Positions 17,787 to 28,156 of a stretch of DNA of 64,000 nt are shown in pieces. The DNA comes from Dehalococcoidia bacterium (lineage in GTDB: Bacteria > Chloroflexota > Dehalococcoidia > Lucifugimonadales > G963668185), in assembly GCA_965116985.1 (NCBI GenBank), contig OZ220745.1, positions 2,691,092 to 2,755,091 of the forward strand, given 5' to 3'. The position numbers and the translations under genes were made by a program. Below the pieces are notes generated by a model that was given only the letters and a program-made list of their open reading frames with translations, searched no databases and was not told where the DNA came from. How positions within the stretch are numbered: the first letter of the stretch is position 1; each line of letters opens with the position of its first letter.

Positions 17787-20075
17787 CTAAGACGCGGTGG
17801 GAAAGGTGCGCGGACGGAAGCGGCCCAGTCGGAGCGAGTTCGTGACTACCGACACGGAACTGAATGCCATCGCGCCCGCGGCGAGTATGGGATTCAGGAA
17901 ACCGTGATCGCCGAGAATGGGCGTGAGGGCTTCCGGTACGCCTGGACCGGCGAAGACGGGGTACAGGATGCCCGCGGCGATCGGAATCAGCGCGGCGTTG
18001 TAGGCGAATGCCCAGAACACGTTCTGCTTGATCGTGCGCATCGTTGCGCGGCTCAGGGACATCGCCGCGGAGACGTTGGACAGGTCCGCACCGACGAGGG
18101 TCACATCGGCCGCCTCCATGGCAACGTCGGTGCCGGCGCCGATAGCGATGCCGACATCGGCCTGGGTCAGGGCCGGCGCGTCGTTGATGCCGTCGCCGAC
18201 CATTCCCACCGTGCGGCCCTCCGACTGAAGGCCGCGGATCACGGCGACCTTGTCCTCCGGAAGGACTTCAGCAGCCACCTGCTCGATGCCAAGCTGGCCC
18301 GCAATGTGTTCCGCGGTTCGCCTGCCGTCGCCCGTGAGCATCACAACGTGCAGCCCTTGGCTTCGCAGAGCGGCGACTGCCTCGGCAGCGCCGGGCCGCA
18401 ACGTGTCGGCCACCGCGATCAGGCCGAGCGCGACCCCCTCGCAGGCCACAAAGAGCGGGGTCTTGCCGGCGGCGGCCAGGCCGTCGGCGTCCGCCGCGAG
18501 GCTCTCGACGGCGATGCCCTGCCCATCCATAAGGGCGCGGTTTCCGATCAGGACCGCTTCCCCGTCAACGGTGGTCCTTATGCCGTGGCCGGGGAGAGCT
18601 TCGAAGTCGGACGGCTCCGCCAGCGTCAAACCGCGCGAGCGGGCAGAGTCCAGCAGCGCGACGGCAATCGGATGCTCGGAGCGCTGTTCCGCGGAGGCCG
18701 CCAGCCGCAGCAGGCGGGACTCATCGACGCCGTCGGCGGGCACGATGTCGGTAACGGCTGGCTGGCCGATCGTAAGCGTTCCGGTTTTGTCCAGCACAAC
18801 GGTGTCCAGGTTGTGAGCGCGCTCAAGCGCCTCGGCGCTCCGCACCAGAATGCCGAGCCCGGCTCCCTTGCCGGTGCCGACCATGATCGCGGTAGGCGTC
18901 GCCAGGCCCATTGCGCACGGACAGGCGATGATGAGCACCGCGACGGCTGCCAGCATGGCATTGGCGTACGACGGGTCTGGACCGAAGGCCAGCCACAAGA
19001 GGAACACGACCGCAGCGATGCCAATCACGGTGGGCACGAAGTACGAAGAAACGGTGTCGGCCAGCCTCTGGACCGGGGCCTTGGAGCCCTGCGCCTCTTC
19101 GACAAGGCGCACTATCTGCGCGAGCACGGCGTCCTGTCCAACGCTCGTCGCCCGGTACGTGAAGGCGCCCGTGCTGTTCAGGGTCGCGCCGTAGACCGGA
19201 GAGCCCTCCGACTTGTCGACGGGCATGCTCTCGCCGGTCAGCATGGACTCGTCGACGGCGGAGGAGCCTTCGATGACTGTGCCGTCAACCGGCAGCCTCT
19301 CGCCGGGGCGGATGACCAGTACGTCGCCGGTCTCGACGTGGTCGACAGGCAAGTCGGCCTCGCGGCCGTCCCGGAGGACTCTTGCGGTATCAGGCCTCAG
19401 CCTCATGAGTCGCCTGATCGCGTTGGCGGCGCGGCCCTTGGCGCGGCCTTCGAGGAACTGTCCTACGAGGACCAGGCCGATGATGGCGGTCGAAGTGTCG
19501 AAGTATGTCGCCGAGCCATGAATGGAGAACACAGAGAGATCGTGGAGAAATGTGACGACCGCGCTGTACGCGAAGGCGGTGGTCGTTCCAACGGCAATCA
19601 GCGTGTGCATGTTCGACGTGCCATGCCTGAGCGCGGCCCATGCGGACCTGTAGAAGCCGGCGCCCGCCCAGAACTGGACCGGGGCGGCCAGGACCAGGAA
19701 GAGGTAGTCCGCGCGGAAGGGCATGTCCGGACTCAGGGCCATCAGAATCATGATGACCGCGGCTGAACCAAGGCTGAGGGCCATTTTCAGCTTTAGCTCG
19801 GTCGAACTGTCGTCATCGGAACTGAGGCCCGCCGCCGCCTCGTCCAGGGCATGGGGATCATATCCGGCGCTCTCGATGGCGTCATGGAAGTCGGAGACGC
19901 GCGCGGCTCCCGGCAGGTACTCGACTGTCGCCTTCTCCGTGGCAAGGTTGACAGCCGCGGAGACAACGCCGTCGACGCCGGAGAGGGCCTTCTCGACGTG
20001 GCCGACGCATGCGCCGCAGGTCATTCCGCGAACTCCAATTGTCACGCGTCCGGTGGGTTCGGCGGCTATGGCCAT
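17787..20075 (-). CDS. copA: copper-translocating P1B-type ATPase
   Basis: N-terminal [21 protein letters not shown] transmembrane motif ([13 protein letters not shown]), [17 protein letters not shown]. Confidence 0.93.
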   Translation of the reverse strand: MAIAAEPTGRVTIGVRGMTCGACVGHVEKALSGVDGVVSAAVNLATEKATVEYLPGAARVSDFHDAIESAGYDPHALDEAAAGLSSDDDSSTELKLKMALSLGSAAVIMILMALSPDMPFRADYLFLVLAAPVQFWAGAGFYRSAWAALRHGTSNMHTLIAVGTTTAFAYSAVVTFLHDLSVFSIHGSATYFDTSTAIIGLVLVGQFLEGRAKGRAANAIRRLMRLRPDTARVLRDGREADLPVDHVETGDVLVIRPGERLPVDGTVIEGSSAVDESMLTGESMPVDKSEGSPVYGATLNSTGAFTYRATSVGQDAVLAQIVRLVEEAQGSKAPVQRLADTVSSYFVPTVIGIAAVVFLLWLAFGPDPSYANAMLAAVAVLIIACPCAMGLATPTAIMVGTGKGAGLGILVRSAEALERAHNLDTVVLDKTGTLTIGQPAVTDIVPADGVDESRLLRLAASAEQRSEHPIAVALLDSARSRGLTLAEPSDFEALPGHGIRTTVDGEAVLIGNRALMDGQGIAVESLAADADGLAAAGKTPLFVACEGVALGLIAVADTLRPGAAEAVAALRSQGLHVVMLTGDGRRTAEHIAGQLGIEQVAAEVLPEDKVAVIRGLQSEGRTVGMVGDGINDAPALTQADVGIAIGAGTDVAMEAADVTLVGADLSNVSAAMSLSRATMRTIKQNVFWAFAYNAALIPIAAGILYPVFAGPGVPEALTPILGDHGFLNPILAAGAMAFSSVSVVTNSLRLGRFRPRTFPTAS

Positions 20076-20439
20076 GGGTTACCTCTGTCCCGGTTGCGTG
20101 GGCTTGGAGAGGTAAGCTGCATCATGCGGCCATGTTACCAAGCGGGGTGTATATGGTGTCAGGGTTATGGGTTGGGAAACACAGGCTGACCATTAGCGCA
20201 GTCCAGCGAACGTTGCCGAATGCCCTTTAGGAAAAGCAGCCACAAGCGCAAGTCCCAGCAAGTGACGGCCAGGCCGAATCAGCATTGCAGCAGTTCGTGC
20301 CCACCGCCTCTATCGCGAGGCTCTAGACTCCGTACGGCCGCCTCAGAGAAGGCTCACGGCTACGCTAGAAAAGACAACAGTGCAAGCGATGGCGGCAACT
20401 ACCGCTTTTCTGCCCCGCGCGTTGGCGGGAACTCGAGTC

Positions 20440-20871
20440 CTAGCTCTTGGTTGGGAGGGCGACGATGGCGTGGCCGGGCGTAGTTGTCTGGCCGTCTTCC
20501 TTCTCCAGCCTGATGTCGCACTCCACAATGTGCTCGCCGTCCCGCTCGTACTTCTTGCTGACGGTGCCCTTGGCGAAGACGGGAGTGCCGGGGACGTCCA
20601 TGCCCCTGTACTGGACTGACAGCTTCTTGAGAGTGCCCTGCAGCCCGATCCAGTCGGTCATCAGCTGGCCCAGGAACGCGTTCTTCAGCGCGCCGTGCAG
20701 GATGACGTCCGGCAGGCCGTTGTTCAGCGCGTAGTCCTTGTCGTAGTGGATCTGGTAGTAGTCGCCGGAGGCGCCCGCGTACATCACCAACTGCTGGGTG
20801 GTGGGGTCCTTTCGGAGAGTGGGAATGTCCATGCCCTCTTGAACGTCTTCGTAATAGACCTGCTCTGACAT
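20440..20871 (-). CDS. MaoC-like (R)-hydratase hot-dog domain protein
   Basis: LVMYAGASGDYYQIHYDKDYA...LPDVILHG hydratase motif region. Confidence 0.8.
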   Translation of the reverse strand: MSEQVYYEDVQEGMDIPTLRKDPTTQQLVMYAGASGDYYQIHYDKDYALNNGLPDVILHGALKNAFLGQLMTDWIGLQGTLKKLSVQYRGMDVPGTPVFAKGTVSKKYERDGEHIVECDIRLEKEDGQTTTPGHAIVALPTKS

Positions 20872-20952
20872 TGTGTACCCCTTTGCTGTTTGCTCTGTTG
20901 CTTGCTAGATACTTGCGGGAGTCACTTACACGCCGCCGTATTCACGCTGGCC

Positions 20953-20971
20953 CTCTCCCATCAAGGGAGAG
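20953..20971. repeat. intercistronic hairpin between the two MaoC genes
   Basis: CTCTCCC-atcaa-GGGAGAG, 7-bp perfect stem in the 115-nt spacer. Confidence 0.6.
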
Positions 20972-20986
20972 CGGACTATAGTCGCC

Positions 20987-21457
20987 TCACTTGGTGGCTT
21001 CCGGGTCGTAGCTGATGCCGGTGCTTCGCTGTATTGCGACTGTGTTACCGAACTGGTTCGCGTACCTTGTTTCGCGGATTGTGAACAGCATCGTGCCGAG
21101 GCGGCCCTTGCGCTCACTGTAATCGGCTATCTTGGCCGTAACGGTGATGCGGTCTCCCGGACGTACCGGCTCGAAGTATGTCCACTCGCTGCCGCCATCG
21201 AGGCCGGCGCTCAACTGAGTGGCGAACTCCCTCGGCGGTCTAGGCGCCCGCAACGATCGCAGGAAAGTGGGCGGCGCGACTATGCCTCCGAAGCGGGAAG
21301 CTCGGGCTGCCACTTCGTCGGAGTACATCGGATTGTCGTCGCCGATCGCGCGGGCAAACTTGACGATTGCGCCCTTTTCGATCTCGGTGGTGATCGGCTC
21401 GGACTCCTGGCCGATTGCCTCACGCATTTCGTCAGTAATGACAGAGTCTTCAGACAT
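20987..21457 (-). CDS. MaoC dehydratase N-terminal-type hot-dog protein, partner subunit of 20440-20871
   Basis: IVKFARAIGDDNPMYSDE...GGIVAPPTF. Pairing of two small hot-dog genes as in heterodimeric hydratases. Confidence 0.75.
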   Translation of the reverse strand: MSEDSVITDEMREAIGQESEPITTEIEKGAIVKFARAIGDDNPMYSDEVAARASRFGGIVAPPTFLRSLRAPRPPREFATQLSAGLDGGSEWTYFEPVRPGDRITVTAKIADYSERKGRLGTMLFTIRETRYANQFGNTVAIQRSTGISYDPEATK

Positions 21458-21528
21458 CTGTAAGTCTCCCTTGTGAACGCTGATTCCGGTTGGCGTGCAG
21501 TGAGTTTATGGAGCGCAGCGAATATGTG

Positions 21529-23721
21529 TCAAGAACGGCCGGCCCGCGTAAGCTTCGCAACGCTTGCGAGGAGGCGCTTGATTCCGGCGTCGCTATCGAA
21601 GGCCACGGTTACTTCGACATCTCCTTCCGACGGCCTTGAGTTGACCACGATACCGGCGCCAAACTTCGCGTGGTGCACCTTATCTCCCGTCGTGAACGAA
21701 AGTCCGGGGCCGGCGGACTCCGGCTCCGACTCTGGCCTCTCGCGTGTCTTCGCGGCGCTGGCCGACTTGCGGCGGACTTTGGGTGCAGCCGTATCCGCAG
21801 CCATGATGAGCTTCTGGGGGATGTCCGCGAGGAACCTCGAGGGGACGCGGCGCTCGAAACTGCCGCGAAAGCCGCGGCGGAAGGCCCGTAGCAGGTAGAG
21901 GCGTTCCTTTGCGCGGGTGACGCCGACGTAGCACAGTCGGCGCTCCTCCTCCAGCTCACTCTCGTCATCCAGGGACCTGATGTGGGGAAGAAGGCCTTCC
22001 TCCATGCCGGTGATGAAAACTACAGGAAACTCCAGCCCTTTGGCCTGATGGAGGGTGATCAGGGTGATCAGATCCTTCTCGTCCTCGTAGCTGTCCACGT
22101 CGCTGACCAGGCTCACTCTCTCAAGGAACTCCGTCAGCGCGTCTCCGGCTGCTAGGTGCAGGTACTCTGCGGCGGCGTCCCGGAACGCGCGCACGTTTTC
22201 TAGCCTCTCCTCGCCGCGTTCTTGTTCCTCCAGATACAGGCCGTATCCAGTCCGGTCCATCACGAGGTCGATGATGCCGGTCAGGTCCACGTGCTGAGCG
22301 CCCTCGGCCAGCGTGTCGACAAGGTCCCTGAACCGGCCCAACGCCTTCACGCTGCGGCCGGCCAGCCGGCCGGCCTCTCCAGCGAGGACAAGGTCGATCG
22401 CCTGCATCATAGAGACGTCTCTGTCGCGGGCGACACGTTCCACTTCATCGACGGTGCGCTGGCCGATGCCCCTCTGCGGGACGTTGATCACACGCTGCAG
22501 ACCGGCGTTGTCGTTGGGGTTGGCGATGAGCCGGAGGTAGCCGACGATGTCCCTGATCTCCTGGCGATGGTAGAAGCGCTGCCCGCCTATGATCTGGTAC
22601 GGCAGGCCTTCCCTGAGGCAGGCCTCTTCCAGCGCGCGCGACTGGGCGTTGACGCGGTACATGATGGCAATGTCGCGGTGGTTGATGCCGTCCTGCCGCA
22701 GGAGCGCGCCCACTTCTCTGACGACGAAGGCGGCTTCCTCCACATCGTCATAGCCTTCGTGCACGATTATGGGGACGCCGGCGCCGTTACGAGTCCAGAG
22801 GTCCTTTTCGAGGCGGCTCTGATTGGAGGAGATCAGTCCCGTTGCTGCGTCGAGGATCGTCTGCGATGAGCGGTAGTTCTCATCCAGGGTGATGACGCGC
22901 GCGTCCGGGAAGTCCTTTTGGAAGCTGAGGATGTTGCGGATGTCTGCGTTGCGCCATGAGTAGATCGATTGGTCTGGGTCGCCGACCGCGCATATGTTGC
23001 GGTTGGTCTCGCCGAGAAGCTTTGCGATGTTGTACTGGGCGACGTTCGTGTCCTGGAACTCGTCTACGAGGAAGTGTACGAACCGGTCCTGATAACTGCG
23101 GGCAACGTCCGGTACCTCCCTGAGGAGAGTGAAGGTGCGGAGGAGTATGTCATCGAAGTCCAGCGCGGAACTCTGGGCGAGGATTCCCTCATAGTCCTCA
23201 TAGACTCGGAGCGCGATCTCATCGACGTAGCTCTCCGTGTTGTACCGAAAGCCCTCCGAGGTCAGAAGGCGGCTCTTGGCGCCGGAGATGATCGACTGGA
23301 TGGACCGTGGATTGAAAGTCCGGTGGTCTATGTCCTGGGCCTTCATGATGCCTTTGATCGCGGACACCTGGTCATCGTCGTCGTAAATCGAGAAGTTGCG
23401 GTCTAGGCCGATCCGTTCGCCTTCGCGCCTGAGGATACGGGCGCAGAACCAGTGGAAAGTGCCGCAAGAGAGTTGGTCTGAGCGAGGTCCCAGCAACGGC
23501 CCGAGGCGCTCGCGCATCTCCCTGGCGGCCTTGTTGGTAAACGTCACGGCAGCGATGCGCCACGGACTGACCCCGCAGTCCCGCACGAGGAATGCAATGC
23601 GATGCGTGATGACGCGAGTCTTGCCGCTGCCGGGCCCGGCAATGACGAGCACCGGACCGTCCACGGCCTGCGCGGCTTCGCGTTGCTGGGGGTTGAGGCC
23701 TGAGAACAGATCGGTTGTCAT
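21529..23721 (-). CDS. pcrA: ATP-dependent DNA helicase, UvrD/PcrA family
   Basis: LNPQQREA...AGPGSGKTRVITHRIAFL, VDEFQDTN, VGDPDQSIYSWRNA, LHQAKGLEFPVVF. Confidence 0.93.
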   Translation of the reverse strand: MTTDLFSGLNPQQREAAQAVDGPVLVIAGPGSGKTRVITHRIAFLVRDCGVSPWRIAAVTFTNKAAREMRERLGPLLGPRSDQLSCGTFHWFCARILRREGERIGLDRNFSIYDDDDQVSAIKGIMKAQDIDHRTFNPRSIQSIISGAKSRLLTSEGFRYNTESYVDEIALRVYEDYEGILAQSSALDFDDILLRTFTLLREVPDVARSYQDRFVHFLVDEFQDTNVAQYNIAKLLGETNRNICAVGDPDQSIYSWRNADIRNILSFQKDFPDARVITLDENYRSSQTILDAATGLISSNQSRLEKDLWTRNGAGVPIIVHEGYDDVEEAAFVVREVGALLRQDGINHRDIAIMYRVNAQSRALEEACLREGLPYQIIGGQRFYHRQEIRDIVGYLRLIANPNDNAGLQRVINVPQRGIGQRTVDEVERVARDRDVSMMQAIDLVLAGEAGRLAGRSVKALGRFRDLVDTLAEGAQHVDLTGIIDLVMDRTGYGLYLEEQERGEERLENVRAFRDAAAEYLHLAAGDALTEFLERVSLVSDVDSYEDEKDLITLITLHQAKGLEFPVVFITGMEEGLLPHIRSLDDESELEEERRLCYVGVTRAKERLYLLRAFRRGFRGSFERRVPSRFLADIPQKLIMAADTAAPKVRRKSASAAKTRERPESEPESAGPGLSFTTGDKVHHAKFGAGIVVNSRPSEGDVEVTVAFDSDAGIKRLLASVAKLTRAGRS

Positions 23722-23749
23722 CTGGCAGTGGGTCGAGTGCTCAGAGTGG

Positions 23750-24676
23750 TCACTCCACGAAGATTGGGTCTTCCCTGGTGATCATGCGGGTCTCCGCCCG
23801 TAGAGCTTCGCGCAGGTACTTGGGCAACGAGGTAATCCCGCGCTGCGTTGTGCCGTCATAGAACCGGAGCGGCTGGGACACACGTTCAGCGATGCGATGA
23901 TCGATCTCTTCAGCCGTCAGCGCTCGCGGGTCCGGACCGAGCGAGCCGGCGACGAAGCCCCACGTGGAGCCGAAGGATGGAATAAAGGATTCGTATGGGA
24001 CGGTGATCGGGAACACCGCCTCCATTGTGTTGACGATTGCGGAAAAGCACTGTTCGTAGAACTCAGGGCCGGTGGGGCCGGCGTGAGTCGCGGCGATGCC
24101 GCCGGGCAGGAGCCGGTCCCGCACGAGTTCGTAGAACTCCCGGGTGTACAGCATCACAGCCGGTCCCGCCTCCAGCGGGTCTGAGACGTCGATCAGGATA
24201 ACGTCGTAACGGTCCGTGGTCTGTTCGAGGTGGGCGATGGCGTCGGCGAAGTGCAACTCGAGACGGGGGTCTTCGAACGCCCCCTTATGATGGTCTGGCA
24301 AGTGCTTGCGGCAGGCCTCCACGACCTCGCGATCGATGTCGACCATCGTCACGCGCTCGACGGCGTTGTGGGCGAGGGCCTCGCGGATGGTCGCGCCTTC
24401 GCCGCCGCCGGCGACGAACACGGATCTGGGCCCGTGGTGGCTGACCATGGGCGGCTGGACGAGCGACTCGTGATACACAAACTCGTCCGCCGTTGTGGAC
24501 TGTGTCTTGCCGTCAAGGATCAGTGCGCGACCGAACGCGAGTCCATCGTGGATCTCGATCTTTTGGAAGGGAGACTGCCCTTCAAAGACGACTCGCTTGA
24601 TGCGCTCCGCTTGATAGAGGTCTGGCGTTATCGACTCGGAGTGCCAGCGGCCCGGCGGAAGATCGATAGTTGACAT
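23750..24676 (-). CDS. speE: spermidine synthase (polyamine aminopropyltransferase)
   Basis: FQKIEI...LDG..Q....DEF.YHE, VAGGGEGATIREAL, ILIDVSDP. Confidence 0.9.
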   Translation of the reverse strand: MSTIDLPPGRWHSESITPDLYQAERIKRVVFEGQSPFQKIEIHDGLAFGRALILDGKTQSTTADEFVYHESLVQPPMVSHHGPRSVFVAGGGEGATIREALAHNAVERVTMVDIDREVVEACRKHLPDHHKGAFEDPRLELHFADAIAHLEQTTDRYDVILIDVSDPLEAGPAVMLYTREFYELVRDRLLPGGIAATHAGPTGPEFYEQCFSAIVNTMEAVFPITVPYESFIPSFGSTWGFVAGSLGPDPRALTAEEIDHRIAERVSQPLRFYDGTTQRGITSLPKYLREALRAETRMITREDPIFVE

Positions 24677-24679
24677 GCC

Positions 24680-25051
24680 CTAGGCGGTAGCGCTCTGCGG
24701 CTGGCGCGACGCTCCGCGCTCCAAGCGGGTGATCGAAGGCTCGCGGCAGGCGAGCCGTGCGACCACGACATCGGCGGCCTCCTGCGCCCGGAGTGCGCTG
24801 CCGCAGGTGAAGATGTCCACGGCCGCGTACCCGTGCTCCGGCCAGGTGTGGATGCAGAGGTGCGACTCCGAGATCAGGACGACGCCCGTGACGCCCATGG
24901 GACTGAACTTGTGGAAGCGCGCGCTCAGCACAGTTGCGCCAGCGGTCTCCGCCGCGAGGGTCAGCGACTCTCGGATGTACGTCTCATCGTCGAGCAGGCT
25001 GGCTTCGCAGCTTCTGAGATCGAGAAGGAGGTGTGTGCCTACCGCATCCAA
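24680..25051 (-). CDS. speH: S-adenosylmethionine decarboxylase proenzyme (small, pyruvoyl type)
   Basis: GTHLLLDL..C, self-cleavage region LISESHLCIHTWPE, DIFTCG. TTG start at 25051 with GGAGA 8 nt upstream. Lies 3 nt from speE. Confidence 0.85.
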   Translation of the reverse strand: MDAVGTHLLLDLRSCEASLLDDETYIRESLTLAAETAGATVLSARFHKFSPMGVTGVVLISESHLCIHTWPEHGYAAVDIFTCGSALRAQEAADVVVARLACREPSITRLERGASRQPQSATA

Positions 25052-25165
25052 TAGCCGGTCTCCGGGTCTAGTCTGGTGAGTTCAGCGCGGGATTCAAGTA
25101 TACAACAGGCCCTGACCGCTCTGAGGCGCGGAACAAGACAATGAATCTATCAGTGGATGGCTGGG

Positions 25166-26179
25166 CTAGCTCGCGCCTGTCAAGCCCAAGGTCGAGCGCA
25201 ACGCGTCCAGATCGAGGTGATCGCGCATCAAGTCAGACATGCGCTCCAACTTTGCGGAGTGGTCGAACCTGGCGCGCTCGTGGACGGTGTTAAGCATGTC
25301 CATCGCGGCCAGAGTGTCCGCTTCCGTGAGGATGACGGGCACCTCTTCCTCTCCCGCCTCGTACCTCACGTACTCGATCGGCATCATGTTCTTTGTGATG
25401 ACCATGCAGGCGGTGGGCGTGGAAAGCGCGGCCATCTGGATGTCCGGCCTGTCTCCCCTGACCACGACGGCCTTGTTGTCGTGGATGCCGAAGTACAACT
25501 CGCCGGGATCGAGTGTCTGGCAGCCGACCAGGACGTTGCTTACAAGGGCGGACCTGTCGCCTTCCTCAACTACGTACTCGCCACTGAAGTGGCGCGCGAT
25601 CTCATCGACCTTGACCGCCAGCAGGAGCCTGTCCTCGGGCAGGCAACCCGCGGGCTTCAGGCCTGCCTTCTCGAGAGCGGGCACTAGTTCAGATCGGGCG
25701 GGCCGAACGCGGTACTCCGTGACGCCGTTGACAAGCGAGCAGGCCAGCCGGTTTCCCAACGCCTCACGCCACGGGGCCAGCGATTCCGGATTGAAGCCGG
25801 GTTCGTAGCCGATCGTCAGCAGGACGGAGGCGCCAATCGACTCGGCGGCGGTTGCGGTGACGTCGGGGCCGAGCTGGTCGGAGCTTTCGACGAGCAATAC
25901 GTCATGTCTGGCCGACGCCTCCTCAACATGGGCCTGGAAGTTGGCCATCGCCTGGGATGCGAGCCCGGAGGCAGCGGCCGTCCCAGCAGCGATCGTCGGT
26001 CCCAGAAGCGCAGCGTAATCGGACGAGTCTGTGTCCTCGGAATCCCGGTGGGCAGCCGAGCTCAGCGGCTTGGCAACTCCGACGGAGACGCCATCGCCGG
26101 CCAGGATGTGAGCGAGGGCGGCGCATACGGCTGTCTTGCCGACTCTGGAACGGTTGCCGGCCACGAGAACTGTGGGCAC
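25166..26179 (-). CDS. P-loop (CobQ/BioD-like) plus DRTGG domain protein, resembling the N-terminal half of phosphotransacetylase
   Basis: GNRSRVGKTAVCAAL P-loop at the N-terminus. C-terminal VVRGDRPDIQMAAL...ITKN region is DRTGG-like. GTG start at 26179. Confidence 0.65.
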   Translation of the reverse strand: MPTVLVAGNRSRVGKTAVCAALAHILAGDGVSVGVAKPLSSAAHRDSEDTDSSDYAALLGPTIAAGTAAASGLASQAMANFQAHVEEASARHDVLLVESSDQLGPDVTATAAESIGASVLLTIGYEPGFNPESLAPWREALGNRLACSLVNGVTEYRVRPARSELVPALEKAGLKPAGCLPEDRLLLAVKVDEIARHFSGEYVVEEGDRSALVSNVLVGCQTLDPGELYFGIHDNKAVVVRGDRPDIQMAALSTPTACMVITKNMMPIEYVRYEAGEEEVPVILTEADTLAAMDMLNTVHERARFDHSAKLERMSDLMRDHLDLDALRSTLGLTGAS

Positions 26180-26307
26180 GATTCGTTAACTCCCGTGTGG
26201 TTTGCTCTGCCGGGCAAGTATAACAAGACAGGCCTGTTGACTTGGGTCGCGGCGCAGTCTTGACGGGGATTGGAGGCCGCTATAGGTTAACGGCCGGGGA
26301 GTAACCT

Positions 26308-28050
26308 GTGACCAACCTAGAAGTGCCTGACGAAAAAGTACCAGTTAGCGATGTCGTCTGTTCTTTTGAACGGGACTACATCGAGGAGTTGGTCATCGAC
26401 GTCCTCAAGAACCGTCCGAACATCTCCAATGGGGCGCGCAGCTCGCTCAATGCCGCTATCGACGCAGCAGTTAGGCTCGACGGATTTAGAAACGCCAGCA
26501 GAGCGGCGCCGGATCTTCTCACTCCCTGCATATTGGAGGAAATTGGCGGGGGTAACGATCGTATCGCCGCGTCCTTCCTGAGAGCTTGGTCGGATACGCG
26601 GGGCCCGCTCCGCAAGCTAGTAGCCACTCACTTGCGTGAGATATCCGTAAGTGCAGACGGCCTTGAGAATCGTGCGCACGAGTTCCACCTGAGTTGGACT
26701 AGGGACGAATGGCTACTTGAGATCGACGCGGTCATTGAGTCAAATCCTGACCTGTCCCCGAACGAAGTTGGTCTGATGCTCTGCTACGTTTCAGGAGGAG
26801 CCGTGTTGCAGGGGCTGGACGACACTTCTGTAGATTCAGAATTGCTCGCCGGATGGCTGGATCAGCTGAGAGAGTTGCCCATCGAGTCCGAAGACTGGGC
26901 AGATATCGAAGACTTTGCCCATATTGCATTGGCAATTGCGGCGAAGAAGCGTACTCAGATTGTGATCGACCGGCTCAGGGCCTTCCTGGAGGTACTTGCC
27001 GAACTGCAGCAGAACTTCGAACGGGAGCTTCGGTACCTGGAAGTCGACATGGACGCGGACAAGAGAACTCTCGAGGTGGCCGAGAGCGCCACGTTGCCGT
27101 CGCACTCCTCGTCTCTTCTGGAGGAGTTGCGGGAACGGCTTTCAGAGTACAGCGCCGTATTTCCGCGAGCTGACTCCCGGACAGAAGAGACGCAGCGGGC
27201 GGCGGAGAGGCAGCGCTGCGAAGAAGCGGTGCTGGACGTGATTGCGAGATGGGACGGATACGCTGCAGAGAAGCATGAATTGGAAGACGAGGAGGACCTC
27301 GAGGGCGATCCCGGAGGAGGTCAAGATGGCGCGAGCGAGGCTGTGGACGCGGTGCCTTCGGCGGAACACGAGGCCCTGCGCTGCGAGGTTGATGCGCTGA
27401 CCAGAGAGGTCGAGTCGCTTCGGGCCGAGAACGCAGGTCTTGTCCAGTTGAGTGACGGATTGAAGGCGGACAAGAAGGCGCTCGATGAACTCAAAGACAA
27501 ACTCAGCGAAGATTTGGAGGAAAGCCGCAGGACCGAAGAGAACTGGCGAAGGGTGTACATTGCTGAGAGAGTCGCCATCGCCGACGGTGAAGACGAATCT
27601 CCGGCCCATCCTAAGACTGTCAAAGAGGCGGTGACACTCGCTGAAAAGACGTTCCCGGACAAACTTGTCTTCGCGCTGAACTCGAAGTCTGACAGGAGAA
27701 GCCCCTTCCAGCGGCCTGAGGAAGTGTTCGATGCCCTTGCGTGGCTGGCCACGGTCTACTGCGAGACGAGGAAGAGGCCCGGACAACCGCCGGGATTCGA
27801 CAAGCTGCTGAAGGAGTCTTGCCCCGGCTGGTCGTACAAACCCAAGCAGACCGAGGTGACAAAGGAACAGTTCGAAGAGTGGTACACGACCACGGTGGAC
27901 GGCCAGCGGTACGAGCTGGATCCGCACATCGGCAAGGGGACCAGCTTCGATCGCCAGCGAACCATGAGGATCGCGTTCGCATGGGACAGCGCGGCCGAAC
28001 GTGTGGTGGTGGGTTTCATCGGGCTGCACCAGCGCACGCGGCGCTCGTGA
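26308..28050 (+). CDS. orphan hypothetical protein with a central acidic coiled-coil. No family recognised
   Basis: 580-aa ORF with GTG start after GGGGAG. Visibly lower GC than its neighbours. Heptad-like segment EHEALRCEVDALTREVESLRAENAGLVQLSDGLKADKKALDELKDKLSEDLEE. C-terminus ...HIGKGTSFDRQRTMRIAFAWDSAAERVVVGFIGLHQRT. Confidence 0.7.
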   Translation: MTNLEVPDEKVPVSDVVCSFERDYIEELVIDVLKNRPNISNGARSSLNAAIDAAVRLDGFRNASRAAPDLLTPCILEEIGGGNDRIAASFLRAWSDTRGPLRKLVATHLREISVSADGLENRAHEFHLSWTRDEWLLEIDAVIESNPDLSPNEVGLMLCYVSGGAVLQGLDDTSVDSELLAGWLDQLRELPIESEDWADIEDFAHIALAIAAKKRTQIVIDRLRAFLEVLAELQQNFERELRYLEVDMDADKRTLEVAESATLPSHSSSLLEELRERLSEYSAVFPRADSRTEETQRAAERQRCEEAVLDVIARWDGYAAEKHELEDEEDLEGDPGGGQDGASEAVDAVPSAEHEALRCEVDALTREVESLRAENAGLVQLSDGLKADKKALDELKDKLSEDLEESRRTEENWRRVYIAERVAIADGEDESPAHPKTVKEAVTLAEKTFPDKLVFALNSKSDRRSPFQRPEEVFDALAWLATVYCETRKRPGQPPGFDKLLKESCPGWSYKPKQTEVTKEQFEEWYTTTVDGQRYELDPHIGKGTSFDRQRTMRIAFAWDSAAERVVVGFIGLHQRTRRS

Positions 28051-28156
28051 TCCAGACCCAAAGGCAGATGCACCGTGTCTCTATGATGCGTTTGACCCCT
28101 GGCGATGATTGCGCTCGATTACAGGGCGGGTTGAATCACAGATGGGAGGTACTTCC

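Noticed and set aside
17775-19766. 663-aa ORF antisense to copA
   Set aside because: The Gly/Arg/Asp-rich translation has no motifs. The minus strand has the HMA, CPC, DKTGT and GDGINDAP motifs.
20076-20439. Small RNA or metal-responsive operator in the 364-nt spacer upstream of copA
   Set aside because: Only weak, imperfect dyads are present (GGTAA..TTACC). No CsoR, CopY or MerR-type site or regulator gene is recognisable, so there is not enough evidence.
28051-28156. TPP (THI-box) riboswitch upstream of tenA
   Set aside because: I could not find the CTGAGA and ACCTGATCTGGATAATGCCAGCG-type conserved cores.
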